NCBI RefSeq assembly: GCF_036321535.1
Contig: NC_087437.1
Span: 53,570,001 to 53,634,000 of the forward strand
From: Camelus dromedarius
Lineage: Eukaryota
Length of the DNA stretch: 64,000 nucleotides
Direction: 5' to 3'
Position 1 is the stretch's first letter; each line of letters opens with the position of its first letter. The notes under the pieces were generated by a model. It saw nothing but the letters and a program-made list of their open reading frames with translations. It was not told the origin of the DNA and made no database searches. Positions 11,840 to 23,581 of the stretch are shown in pieces. Position numbers and translations under genes: made by a program.

Positions 11840-12037
11840 TGTGGAGGCACACATCACTTCGCATGCTCCATTGACCAAAACATAGTCACATGGACACGTC
11901 TGGCTGCAAAGGAAGCTGGGAAAACATCTCTGCCTGGGAAGCTGTGTGCCCTCTTAAAACTCAGTTTTGGGGAAGGTCTTCTGTTATCAAAAGGAAGATG
12001 AGGAAAATGCATTTTGGGAGCAGTTCATCTTTGCCCC
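11840..12037 (-). mobile_element. MaLR LTR fragment (MLT1J-like)
   Basis: ccattgaccaaaacatagtcacatggacacgtctggctgcaaaggaagctgggaaa...tgtgccc resembles antisense MLT1J-type LTR. Confidence 0.65.
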
Positions 12038-12939
12038 TGGGGAAAAGCCATGTTGGTCTCAGACTTGATCTGTAGCAGAAGCAAAACTTGAGAACATGGA
12101 GAAGAAGTATTTACAGAGTTGCGAGGGAAAGGTAGTGTGATTGGAGATTTTTCCACTCAAATCCCTTTGCAAGGGTAATGCAGGTAGCCATCCTCACAAG
12201 TGCAAGGACTCAGGAAATACAACACAATGAGCCCTTCTTGGGAAAACCTACTTGATGATGAAAAAGATTGGTCCAAAGCATACTTTGGAAGGCGTGGTAA
12301 AAGGTCATTGGGTGAGCTCTCATCCACCAAATAGAGAAAAGCTCGGCGTGGGTGGGTTGTAAGACTAAGGAACAGAATGTGAGGAAGTAAAAAGGATATA
12401 ATGGAAATGGAGAGCTGGGGGAGGGAGGGAGGGATGTTACGAGCTAACTTCCCCTCGTTCACACTGTCTAAATAGGGTGTTAGTGTCATGGCTCCAAACT
12501 TTCAACTGATTTTTCTTCTCTTAAACTTGGAGGGATCTTTAAGGAAACAACGTCTGTTCTGATGGGGAAACATTTATTAAAAGTTCAGCTTTTCCTTTAT
12601 TTTACTTTTCTGTACTTTCCTTATTTTACTTATTTAAAAAAAAAAAACCTAGCTACTTTATTAAGTAACCTCACCCATCCTTTCCTGCATTCTTCCATCC
12701 TCCACGCTTCTGTTCATATGTGGATGGAGAGACAGCTGATGAACGATATGAATCTATTTTTATTTTCCTGGATAGAGGGATCTGGGGTGATTTGTAGCTC
12801 TGTATAATTTTGAGTATTGATTGATTTTAAAAAATAATGAGCTGGCCTTATATGAATCGAACCACTAAGGCTCGTTTAAAAGGCATCCTTAAATACTAAT
12901 GCTCAGGGAATGGGGAGTGGGGTGGCAGATACAAACAGA

Positions 12940-13255
12940 TGAACAAGACATTGACTTTTGAGGGAGAAGTTGGTGAGTCAGGTATGTGAACACTGAACTC
13001 TAGGCGGAATAGGCAGAACAAAACACTTTGTAAAGCAGGTGAACCGTTGAGTGTTGGGGCTCCGAGGACAATGGGGAAGGTTTCGGAAAGGAGATAGAGT
13101 TTGAACTGGATGTTGAAGGATGAGAGGTGGAGAATGGGAGGTGGGGCGTTCCTGGCCTGGGGGCAGCAGGGGGGAGCGGCGGGAGGAGGGAAAGTCTGTG
13201 GCGTGTCTGGGTAACCCTGAGTGATCTGTTGTGGTTGGAGAACAAAGGATGAATG
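12940..13255 (-). mobile_element. L2 fragment
   Basis: gggaaggtttcggaaaggagatagagtttgaactggatgttgaaggatgag, a characteristic antisense L2 segment. Confidence 0.6.
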
Positions 13256-13309
13256 AAAGAATAGCTACTGTTCATTAAGTGCCCACAGCAGTCCAAGTAG
13301 GACACACAG

Positions 13310-13470
13310 CTGTCTAGGCTGGCCAACAACACTGTAGAATGGCTGTCATTGTTCCTGTTGGGCAGATGAGGAAACTGAAGTGGAGATGTGTCTGCCCAAA
13401 GTCACACAGCAGTGAGACAGTGAGGGAACACCCAGCTGTCTGCGCTCCGGAGCCCGCGGTCTGTCTCCCA
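13310..13470 (-). mobile_element. MIR SINE fragment
   Basis: gcagatgaggaaactgaag...tgcccaaagtcacacagcagtgag. Confidence 0.75.
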
Positions 13471-13664
13471 TGCTGTGATTTGTAATGCACAGAAGATCGG
13501 AATCAGCCACCTTTGGGAAACATACAATATTGAAAATACAAATAAATATAAAAACATCTTAGCAGGTAAGCAAATATGTTTTGTGTATTTACATACACAT
13601 AGACCCGTAACATAGCCATTGATTTTACATGTAAATTTTATAGGTGAATTCTTAGGTAAATATA

Positions 13665-13830
13665 AAAGCCTAAATTGTGGTTCAGGCTCTGCTGTCCGGC
13701 AGCTGTGTGGTCCCAAGTGACTCAATCCTGACTCCAATTTCCTCATCCAAATAAGGGGATAATTCTTGTGGTGCTGCCAACCAGCAGATTTGTTTTTATG
13801 TTCCAGTTAGATCATAGCTGTGAAAAGATG
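13665..13830 (+). mobile_element. MIR SINE fragment
   Basis: ggctctgctg...agctgtgtgg...caagtgactcaatc...caatttcctcatc. Confidence 0.65.
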
Positions 13831-14556
13831 AGAAAATATAGAGGAGCCACCCAGAGGGTTTGTTATTGCTGACACACCCCTTGCTCATCTGAGAGCTTAC
13901 AGACATCTGTTGGAGCATCCACAGGTGTCTGTAAAAACTCCCACCATCACGGACACGGTCTCAGGTTTGCAACAAACAACTTGGTCAGTGGGCCAGAAGC
14001 TGTGCTCTCCTGACTCAGATACCCAGCTGGGGCTGCGGGGGAGGCAGCGGGGAGGGGTGGGAAGGCAGGCTGTCTGCCTGGCTCCCCCACTGCCAGAGCT
14101 GGAATGCCCCTGCCTCCCTTCCTGGTTGCTGGGAAAGTCTGGGCCAGAGAGTGGATGGAGTCAGGCTGACTGTCAACAGCTTGGTGATTTATACGGGGCC
14201 AAGGAGGGTGTTTCAGACATGCCAGGCTGCAGGAAGGAATGTTGGGGCTGCCAGGCGAGAAAGCCCGTGCCACGTCTGTCTGGTAGGGGCTCGTGGACTG
14301 GAAAAGGGACGGGAGGGACTGAGCTGTCAGGGGAGTCTGGAGCAGCCTTTATTCTCCAGGAGTACTGATGAGGACATGGCATGGCCCTGGCCCCAGAGAA
14401 ACTGGCCTGGGACATGACACAGCAGGATGGACAGGCAGCCAGTCCTCAGCCCGAGGCTACAGTGGCCCAAGGTGACTTACATTTGCTCCAGGAAGGATCG
14501 GATTGCTCAAAGATCTGGGCTGGGGCCTGGCATGCTGCCGGGGTCCAAAAGCCCTT

Positions 14557-14601
14557 TTGTGTGTGTTGTGTGTGTTGTGTGTGTTGTGTTTGTTGTGTGT
14601 G
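14557..14601. repeat. TG-rich tandem repeat, about 5 copies of a 9-bp unit (TTGTGTGTG)
   Basis: Read directly from the sequence. Confidence 0.85.
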
Positions 14602-15664
14602 GGGCGGCGGCGGTGCCGGTTTTAGAGAACCAAGCTACTCCCTACTGACGAAGAGATCAGTTCCTTCCTGCTGGTCTCTGCTCTGCCCAGACAGGCCTTG
14701 GAGCTCAGCCTTCAGCTCAGGGTGAGTCCCTCACTACAGGGCACCCAAAGCAAAGAGAAGACCTTTCACGTCCTACACTGTACTTACTATGTAACGCGAA
14801 GTTAGCCATGTTAGACAGTGTCTTCCAGAAGGCAGGGACATGGACAGGGTTGTCTGCGCAGTGCCCAGCCCTTAGGAGGCCTGGTGAACCGAGCCCAGCC
14901 CTCCTGATGCTGCCCCCACTTGCGCAGCTGAGACCAGGATGCGTTTAGCCACCAGTGAGCGTGCACAGGTGCGCCCTAGGTAAGGCCAGGGTGGGGGAGC
15001 ACCGGGGGTCAGCAGGAGCCCGGGGTCCGGGGGAAACACCCTGGGGCTCTGGTGGGCCCCTCCACCCCCCCGGACAGTCCTGTTTCTACCTGTCACCTCT
15101 GTCTTTGGAAGTGGGAGACAAGCGGCACGATGAAACAGGGAGTGCTCTCTGGGCTGATCTGTGGAGCCGAGCCCTGGTGGGGAGTCAGGTTTGGGACCCT
15201 GCTTTTCTTTTTCTTCTATTGGGAACCAGGGTCGTAGGGTGCGTCCCAGGTGAGAGAGGGAGGAAGGCAGTGAGGCAGCTCTCACAAAGGCAGTTGGGCT
15301 GAATCATCTTCTGTCTACACAGACTGCGGGGTTGCCTTTGTCAATTGTGTGATGTTGGAGGATGCTGGCCCAGGGCCGGAGCTGGGGGTGGTTAATGACA
15401 GTTTGGGGACTAAATCCCCAGAGGATTCTTCCTGCCAGAGGGCTTGTGGCGGTTCCTTTTTTGCTCTACACAATGAGCATCTTATTCTGGCCTGTAAATT
15501 TGGAGGAGATGAAATAACAGGTAGGGAGGAGATGGATGACAGCTGCCTTCCAGGGAAATGCCTCTGGGCTCGAGAGTCCCACCCTTGTCTCCCAGCCCGT
15601 CCAGTTGTGAGGCACCACCCTCACCATCTGTAGGGTCACCTTTCTCAGAAAGTCCTGGGGTTTG

Positions 15665-15880
15665 GAAAAAAATCACAGGCTTGGCAGCCAGACAGACTCG
15701 GGTTTAATTTCAGGTGTGCCACTTGTCAGCTGTGTGAACCTGGGGACTTCACTTCTCCGACCATCAGTTTCTCATCTGTGAACTATGTTAATATTCCTCC
15801 CACGTAGCCTTGGTGTGAATACTATGTAGTGCTTAACCTAGCGCCAGCACGTGATTAGCGATGAGTACATGGTGTCTCTT
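15665..15880 (+). mobile_element. MIR SINE
   Basis: gccagacagactcgggtttaatttcagg...gccacttgtcagctgtgtgaacctggg...cagtttctcatctgtgaa. Confidence 0.8.
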
Positions 15881-16859
15881 TTCAACATCCCAGCACTTGT
15901 TAATGGTTACTCTCAGTGACTGGTCACCTGATGGGCCAGGCACGCTGTAGGCACTGTGGATATGAGGGCACATGAGACCCAGTTTCTCCTGAAGGAGCCT
16001 CCGTCTAGGGGGATAGACAGGCATGTGTTATCAGGACCAAATGGACGGGAGCTGCATATGGTGCTAGGGGAGCAGGAGGCAGGGGTGGGGGTCAGGGAAG
16101 AGGAGGTGAGACCCCAGCGGGAGGCAGTTAGAGTCGGCGGGGGGGGACAGCAGCAGCAGATAGAGGGAGGTTTACAACTGGGATTTGGCAGTAGATTCAC
16201 CCATAAGTGGGAAGCAGGAGCGGACAGTAGGGGCTCCCCCAGCAGGTGAGCCCACAAGGTTTCTGCCCTCTGCTGGTGTTCAAGCCCATGCAGTCTGGTT
16301 CAGGATAGAGTCTGCAGGCTTTTTCCAGCAGCTGGGTGAACATGGACAGGGACCCAGCCAGGCTGGACTTGGGGAGAGGGTGTTGAGGTGGCACTTAACA
16401 TCACAGAGATTTCTCCAGGCTTAGGCCTAGGACCGAGGGTGGATCTCCCTGGAGGGAGTAGAGCAGATTACCAGACAGGAATTGCAAACGTGGAACCTAC
16501 TGAAATATGCGCTCCCGGTGGTGTGGACTGGAGGGCGCTTCATGAAACACAGGCATAGAACTGTTATTATCAAATCGGGACACTGGGAGTATGGGTAGGA
16601 GCGGTGACCTGTGATTTCTGCAGTTGTTGGGAAGCTCAGTGACCCCATGTGCAGTGCTCAATATCTCAAGAACCAGAATCTTGATACCCAAAGATATCCA
16701 TTTGTGATTTTACTTATTTACAAATTACTTCAAAATCCTGTGATACACACTAACTGGGTAAATCATTTGGATGAGATAAAAACTAAATTGTATTTGCTCC
16801 AAGGATGGTTTATGTCACTTAGCTGGTGATACAATAAACAGAGCAGGTTTCATTCACTG

Positions 16860-18990
16860 AACTCATACCACCGCGCTGACTGGTCCCACTCTAATTCATG
16901 ACCATGACCCTTAAGTGGACTTTGGTGGTGATGCCAGGTCATCTTGCTCTGTTCCCTTGGTCCAGTGGTTCTCAGCTCTGTCTGCCATTAGTAGTACCTG
17001 GGGGAGATTTTTATAAAAAGTACTGCTGCCTGGGTTCCACCCCAAACTAATGAAATAGAAATGTTTGTGCGGTGGATCTGGGTATTAGCATCCTTTTGTA
17101 AAAGCTCTCTCTATTCCAATGGGCAGCCTTGGTTGAGAACCACTGCCATCCTCTACAACCTAGATGACTGTTTCATACCTTTTTCTCTCTTTAAATTTTA
17201 ACGCCTCCTCTCCCATCCCTATTCTCAGCTGAGAAACTTATTTACTATGTACCTGAGAAAATAATGGCCAAGGAGAGCTTTTCACACCTTTCTACCCCAA
17301 TCTATGCCCTTATATTCTGCTTTCTGCCTTCTTTGTAAGACTAAACCCTTCCACTTGTGTGTTGCATCCTGTTCCCTTCCTTAGTTAAAGACATGACTCC
17401 AGCAATTCTCCCTTCTCTTTCCAATGTTCCTTTCTCTGTGGACCATTCCTATCTGCCTCCTCCCCACCCCCTCTCCCCTCCACCCCCCCATCTCTCTGTG
17501 GTGGTTGTTTCTTGAACTGAAACCTGCCCCCCTACGCACACACATATGCACACACACTTCTCCTGATGGCTTCTACCCCTCCAGCTACTGTCTCATTTCC
17601 CTGTTCCTTGAAAGAGTCATCTGCACTTGCTCCCTGCAGTTCCTCTTCTCTGATTTTCATCTAAACCCAGTCTAACCAGTATTTTGTTTCCATCACTCCA
17701 CAGAAACTTCACCTGTCAGGTTCACCAGTGACCTCCTCATTGCCAAATCCAATAATCAAATCTCAGTCCTTATCTTGATTGGCCAGTAGCAATTCATATA
17801 GTTGATCACCCTGTTCCTCCTTAAAAAAGTTTCTTCTCTTAGCTCTGGAACATCATTCTCTTGGGTTCTCCTCTTCTGTTACTGGCATCTCCTTCTGTTT
17901 CTTCTTTTGGCTCATCTTCACTCATTCACTTTGGAGCGTCCTAGGGAGCAGTCCTTGGACTTGGCCTCTTCTCTGTTCCCTCATTCCCTGCGGATCTCCT
18001 ACTGTCCAAATGCTGACCACTCTCAATTTATAGTTCCATCCCAGACTGCTCCCCGAGATGCCACACTCATATTCAACCATCTACTCAGCAAGTGTCCTTA
18101 GGTGACTAACAGACATCTCAGTGATGCCAAGTCCATGGCCGAACTGCTGCTGTTCTCTCTCAAACAGCCTTCCCCATTTCAGTAAATGACAGCTCCATCT
18201 TTGCAGGTGCTAGGGCTTAAAACTGTACGGTCGCCCTTGAATTTGATCTCTGATGCCGCATCCCGTCTGTCAGCAAACCCCGTCAGCCATACTTGCAGAA
18301 TCAATCAAGAAACTGACTGCATATTTGATCCACTAAACTCACACTGGTCCATAGATCACTCTTTACTTCTAATTTTTAGAACAGTTTCATAACTGGGCTG
18401 CCAGAGGTAGTGTGTCATTTTTGCACTTGAAACCAACAAAGGCTTCCCATTTCACTTTGCAAAGCCAAAGTTCCTCAAAGGGCCTCCAGGGCTCTGCATG
18501 GTCCAACCCGCAGGTCCTCCCACACTTCATTTCCTACTCTTCCCTACCTCTTAATTCTGCTTCACTCCACTGACCTTGTTCCTTAAACATCAAGCCCATT
18601 TTTGTCTCAGAGCCTGTGTCCTTGCTCTTCCCTCCAGCTGGAACACCCTTCCTTCACATATTCCCATTGTTTTCTCCATCTCTTCCTTTAGGTTCTGTTT
18701 AAATGTCATCTTCTTAGAAAGGCTGTTCTGGTCACCTTAAGTAAGATAGTAGTCTGGTGCCTGCCTCCTCCCCGTTACACCTGGCTCTGTCTTTCCCTTT
18801 TATCCTTCTTGGTGGTTCTTTCATGACATGTATGGTCATCTGACCCATTTATTCTGTGTCTCATCTCACTAGGAAGTTGTTTTGATGAGGGCAGGGACTT
18901 CATGTCTTTTGTTCATGATCATTTCCCTAGGACCTAGAGCAATGCCTTAGGAATAATAAATACAATACCTAATTGTTGACTAAATTCAAT
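16860..18990 (+). mobile_element. Long L2 LINE 3' fragment (about 2 kb), interrupted by MER5
   Basis: C/T-rich L2 ORF2 motifs (caccagtgacctcctcattgccaaatccaat, gttgatcaccctgttcctcctt, aaatgtcatcttcttagaaaggct) ending in the L2 tail gagggcagggactt...acctagagcaatgcct...aattgttgactaaat. Confidence 0.85.
16963..17145. mobile_element. MER5-like hAT-Charlie non-autonomous DNA transposon
   Basis: Perfect 12-bp terminal inverted repeats CAGTGGTTCTCA (16963-16974) / TGAGAACCACTG (17134-17145); 183 bp. Confidence 0.9.
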
Positions 18991-18994
18991 TAAA

Positions 18995-19135
18995 TCCACA
19001 CAACGGCACTTCAAAATTAGTTGGAATAACCCACAATTTATAGATGAGGAACTTGAGGCTCAGAGAGGTTAAGTAACTTTTCCAGAGTAACACAGCTAGC
19101 TGGCAGAGAACTGGGACTCAAACCTTTCAAGTGAC
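18995..19135 (-). mobile_element. MIR SINE fragment
   Basis: tttatagatgaggaacttgaggctcagagaggttaagtaacttttccagagtaacacagctag. Confidence 0.85.
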
Positions 19136-19312
19136 TATGTCATTAGATTCTCTCCCTGTTCAGACTGGCCTTCTCCCAGCATTCACATCTCAACTTGCCC
19201 CATTTTTTTCCACATCTCATAGCAAGCAGGCAGCCCCACAGAGTGACAGAAATCCCTGTGAAAATGCCCCAAATGTGTCTGGAGGTGAAGGAGATGCATA
19301 AGAATTGCATAT

Positions 19313-19618
19313 ACAGTCCTTTATTTGCAATTCCCAAATCCCCAAATCTGTGAAAAATTTTATTCTTAACCCATCTGGTGGCAAAGCCTGATTTGGATTA
19401 AAGTGAGGTTACTAAATAAATCCTTATTTAACTGATTGAATTAAAATATTTATTTGTTTTGCTGTAGAAACATTAATCCATATAATTATGGAGAACTGCC
19501 CTGACCCTGCTGTGGGTGTTGTGTAATGTACGGTTTAGGCAAAATATTACTTTTCCAAAATATGAAGAATTCTGAACTCTGGCCCAGAGATTCCTGATAT
19601 GTGGTTTATGACCCCGTG
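19313..19618. mobile_element. TcMar-Tigger-like non-autonomous DNA transposon
   Basis: Starts TA|CAGTCC; internal ttttgctgtagaaacattaat...ctgccctgaccctgctgtgggtgtt...tattacttttccaaaat...aattctgaactctggccc resembles recalled Tigger-type MITE consensus; subfamily uncertain. Confidence 0.6.
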
Positions 19619-20039
19619 TTAATGCTTTCCTAAATGTCTGGCATTTGAAACTATGCCTAAAAAAAATTTTTTTTTCTCTTGTAACTAAAATTTCTTTTAA
19701 GGACATTTCTAGGAACAGCCTCAATTTTAAGAGCTGATTAAGATCAGGCACAGCAGGCCAAGCAGAGGAGGGCATGCGTGAGATTCCATTCTGAAACAGA
19801 GGGAATGAATAAAAGTCTACATACTGAACAGGGAGCCCACCCTTTCCCCAGCCTTCTTTTTCTGTTAGTTCCCACCATGTGTAAGCTTGGGTTATGCGAT
19901 TTCCCTAGTCACGAGATTAGTGGAGTCTCTCTGATCAAATTTAACAGCCCAAGAGAAAAGGCCTCTTAGGATATTGGTATTTATGGTTCTTCAAATAAAA
20001 TGGACAGATTATTCTCAGTCCCCCTCAGTAAGATCTACC

Positions 20040-21495
20040 TGCCCAGCAGCTCTGCCCCAACACATGGAGCTTCTGGTCAACTTTTTAGTGTCTTACTTTC
20101 AAATTTAAAAAGACAGCTAAGGATCACCCAATGTTTAAGAAAGTTTGAAACATAGAAACCAAAAGAAACAAACAACAGCAACAACAACAACATAAAAAGA
20201 AACTCACAAGAAATAGAAAAAGTATAGGGAACAGAAGAAAATGTCACAAAAACAATTACGAGTGTCATAGAGACAAGTGAAGCTATCCCATTAATAAAAT
20301 ACAGTGTGCAATAAAAGTATTCAAAGAATAAAAAAAAACTCTTGGAAATTAAAAGTAGGAAAGGAGAAAGAAATTAATTAGGAGAGGGTTTAGAACATAA
20401 AGTTGAAGAAATCTTTAAGGAAGTTAAAAAAAGGTGAGGGGGCTATGGAATGAAAAATAAGGAAGGATCATCCTAAGAAGTTCAACATCTGAATGTAGGA
20501 CTTAACAAGAAAGGAGAACAGAGACAAAGGGAGGGAAGAATGATCAAAGAAACAATCAAGAAAAATTGCAAGAGCTGAAGGACGGAGGTGTCTAGATTGA
20601 AAACCGCATTCGAGTGCCCATGGCTAAGAATAAAAAAGGACACACGCCAAAGCATATCATTGTGGGGAGGGGAGAAAGAAGAAGGAAAGCCCATAAGCAC
20701 AGGAAAACAAAAACAAAAACAAAAACAAAAACCTACCCCAAACTGATGACATGCAAGAAGAGACATCTGATTCTTCAGCAACACAGGAAGCTGGAAAAAA
20801 AGGAAGCCATACTGTTAGAATTCTGAGACGAATTTCTTTTCAACAGAGAATTTACATTCAGACAAATCAGTAATCAAATGTAATGGCATTTTCCAGTATG
20901 AGAGGTATCAATTATTTTACCTCCCTTTCTGAGCATCCTTTCTGAAATGAGGGAGTAAATTAAGACAGAAGAAATGGATTCTTCCTTTAAGGCCGGAGAG
21001 CAACCAGCTCAGATTGGAGTATAAGGACAGAGATTTCCAGAGGGAAAAGCTCCAAAATTTTTAAAAAAAGAACTGTTGAAAGTTGAGGACTAAATTACTA
21101 ATAGGTACATAGAAAATTAAGCAAATTAGCAAAAGAGGCAATAGTGGACTCTAGAAACAACAACTCAGGAGTGTACACAAAAGGAATTAATCACCACACA
21201 CCACAAGACCCCATGGCTTAGCTGTGAACCATAACTTATCTGGCCATAATAATGTAACTTCTAGTGCTGACTTAATAAAAAATGGTATAAAGCTGTTAGG
21301 AGAATGTGGGAAGAAGAGGTATATCGGACGCAGTAAAAGAGAGCTCAGTCCTCATTTTCTGTCATAGGAAGGCAGTGGATAATACCTAACACTGAAAAAA
21401 GGAGCCATGTGGGCACGGTATCTAGACTCACTGATGTAACTCCAGAAGTAGACGAAAGAGTTGAAAGTCGTTGCATCTGAGCAGCAGAAGTTAGG
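20040..21495 (+). mobile_element. HAL1-like (ORF1-only L1 derivative) decayed copy
   Basis: A-rich ORF1-like sequence (ctcttggaaattaaaa, aagttgaagaaatct, gttcaacatctgaatgtagga, ctagattgaaa, cacacgccaaagcatatcattgtg, catctgattcttcagcaaca) followed by 3' UTR-like sequence with no ORF2. Confidence 0.7.
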
Positions 21496-21759
21496 GGCGT
21501 GGAGGGGTGGCGCAGGGCCTGAGTGTCTCCCCATTTATCCAGATTGGCACCTGAAATGAGCACAGTCTGAAAAGAGTGATTGTTTGCTGCAGAGACTATG
21601 TTCATAACACAGCTGGAGGAGTGAGCAGGAGCTCCATCCTTCGGCTAGTTTGCCTACGGCAGTGGCAGAAGAACTTCCTTTTTCTGGTCCTCTGAAAATA
21701 AGCTCTCACGCCACTTCTCTTTTTGTCAGAGCCTGTGTGTGCTCAGTGCTCAACTCACA

Positions 21760-21842
21760 TTTTTTTTTTCCGTGGAGGTACTGGGGATTGAACCTAGGCC
21801 CTCACACATGCTAAGCTGGAGCTCTACCACTGAGCTAGTCCC
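21760..21842 (-). mobile_element. Vic-1-like SINE (short form)
   Basis: Poly-T then ggaggtactggggattgaacctagg...atgctaagc...ctctaccactgagcta. Confidence 0.9.
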
Positions 21843-21919
21843 ACTTTAATTTTAGTCCCTTTCTTTAAAGAGCTTGGCCCAGCTCTCTCCTAACGCTGGG
21901 GGAACGGCAGGCCAGCCGA

Positions 21920-22085
21920 TGGGATTCTGGTTTAGTCGCTCACCCGCTCTGTGCCTGGGCTAGTTACTGAATCTCTGTTTCCTCCTTTGGACATGGAGAC
22001 AGCATTCCTTGCCTCATAAAGGCCTGTGAAGAATAAATTAAGTAATTTAGTACATAAAGTGGTACATAGTAATTGCTAAAAAATT
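21920..22085 (+). mobile_element. MIR SINE fragment
   Basis: ctgggctagttactgaatctctgtttcctc...gcctcataaaggcctgtgaagaataaat...gtacatagtaa. Confidence 0.65.
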
Positions 22086-23075
22086 GTAAAGAAAAAGAAA
22101 AAAAAGAAAGAAACACCGATGAACCCTTGGTCTAGGACAGGAATCCTGTAATGCTGGGGCCAGTTACCACAGATAAGCCACAAGGGGCAGGGCGGAGTGG
22201 CCGGGGAGGAAATAATCCAGGAAGTCTCCTCGTTTTAGCGGAAGTTCTTACTGTATTTTGGGTGCCTTGTCTTTTGATCAGACTGCAGGGCTCAGCAAAC
22301 TTGTAGGGACCCAGATGCTAGAATGTTTTATGCACAAGGATCGATGAGAGCTCTTAGCTTGCTTAGGTCCCATATCCAAACGCAATCAGAAGAGTTGCTC
22401 ATACCCCAGATAATGTGGAATAATGGATCCAGAGTTAACAGGATTATATTTTACCCCAAAGTTCCTGTGTGACTTGTGGTCATTGCTCATTTAAGCCAGG
22501 GACCTGGGGCCAGGGATAAGCTAACCCATTCTCTGACCTAAAACTGAGCCCTTTAGTGCTGGTGTTGCTAGGAGGATGTTTACATCTGGGGATGGTGGGG
22601 TATGGAGTTCTTAGGATACGTTCTTGGCTCATTTTATGAATTTATTTGGTTCTTGATGGAATCTCTAAATCCTGGCTCTGGTCTGAGGTCAGGGCCTTAT
22701 ACATTGTATCTGAAGTAAATGCTTGGTGGAAGCACAAGGGTGTTCATGAGGCCGAGGCAGCTTCTCATGTGTTTGTTCTCTTCCCTAGAGTCATATTCTG
22801 GTGCTTCTGGGGTTGGACTGAGCATGGAGGAGGGAGGGGATTAGCTGAGGAGCTGCCAGGGGCTCTATGGTGAGGGGACAGTGTGGGCAGGAGTGATGGC
22901 AGGGAGAGACCAAGCAGAGAATACGAGGAAAGAGCAGGGAGAAAGTAGTGAAACCACATCTTGATATCAAGCCAATGACCTTAGCTGGGTAGGCGGGAAG
23001 TCCAGGAGCAGAAGACACACAGATTACAGTGGAGTTCTGAATTAAATGGGTGCTGTATTAAAACTGCAAGGAAGT

Positions 23076-23236
23076 GGGGGAGGGTATAGCTCAGTGGTAG
23101 AGCCCATGCTTAGCACACATGAGGTCCTGGGTTCAATCTCCAGTTCCTCCATTTTAAAAATAATAAATAAATAAATCTAATTACCCCCATAAAAAATAAT
23201 TAAAAAAATAAAATGAATAAATTCAACTTAAAAAAA
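23076..23236 (+). mobile_element. Vic-1-like SINE (long form) with 15-bp TSD
   Basis: GGGGGAGGGTATAGCTCAGTGGTAGAG...CTTAGCAC...GGGTTCAATCTCC, (AAAT)n, CTAATTACCCCC, A tail; TSD aaaactgcaaggaag (23060-23074) / aaaactgcaaagaag (23237-23251). Confidence 0.93.
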
Positions 23237-23363
23237 AAAACTGCAAAGAAGCACATTAGTATACGTGGCCCTCAGGGACACGGGGGCTGCAAGGAGTCCC
23301 TGTGATCAGCTGAATGTTTAAGACTCATAGAGTGAAAGGAAGAGTTAGTATAAGCCACTTTAA

Positions 23364-23581
23364 AATTTTATTTATTTTTTATTGAAGTATAATTGATTTA
23401 CAATGTTGTATTAGTTTCCGGTGTACAGCATAGTGATTCAGTTATACATATATATATATATTCTTTTCATCATAGGTTATTACTAGCTTTGAATATAGTT
23501 CCCTGTGCTATATGGTAGGACCTTGTTGTTTATCTATTCTGTATATGGTAGTTTGTATCACTAATCCCAAACTCCTAATTT
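23364..23581 (-). mobile_element. 5'-truncated cetartiodactyl-type L1 3' end with TSD
   Basis: tttattgaagtataattgatttacaatgttg...gtgtacagcatagtgattcagttatac...gaatatagttccctgtgcta; flanked by AGCCACTT at 23353-23360 and 23582-23589. Confidence 0.88.

Noticed and set aside
14381..14725. Cys-rich CVCCVCCVCC peptide resembling a metal-binding motif
   Set aside because: It is the translation of a TG-rich tandem repeat.
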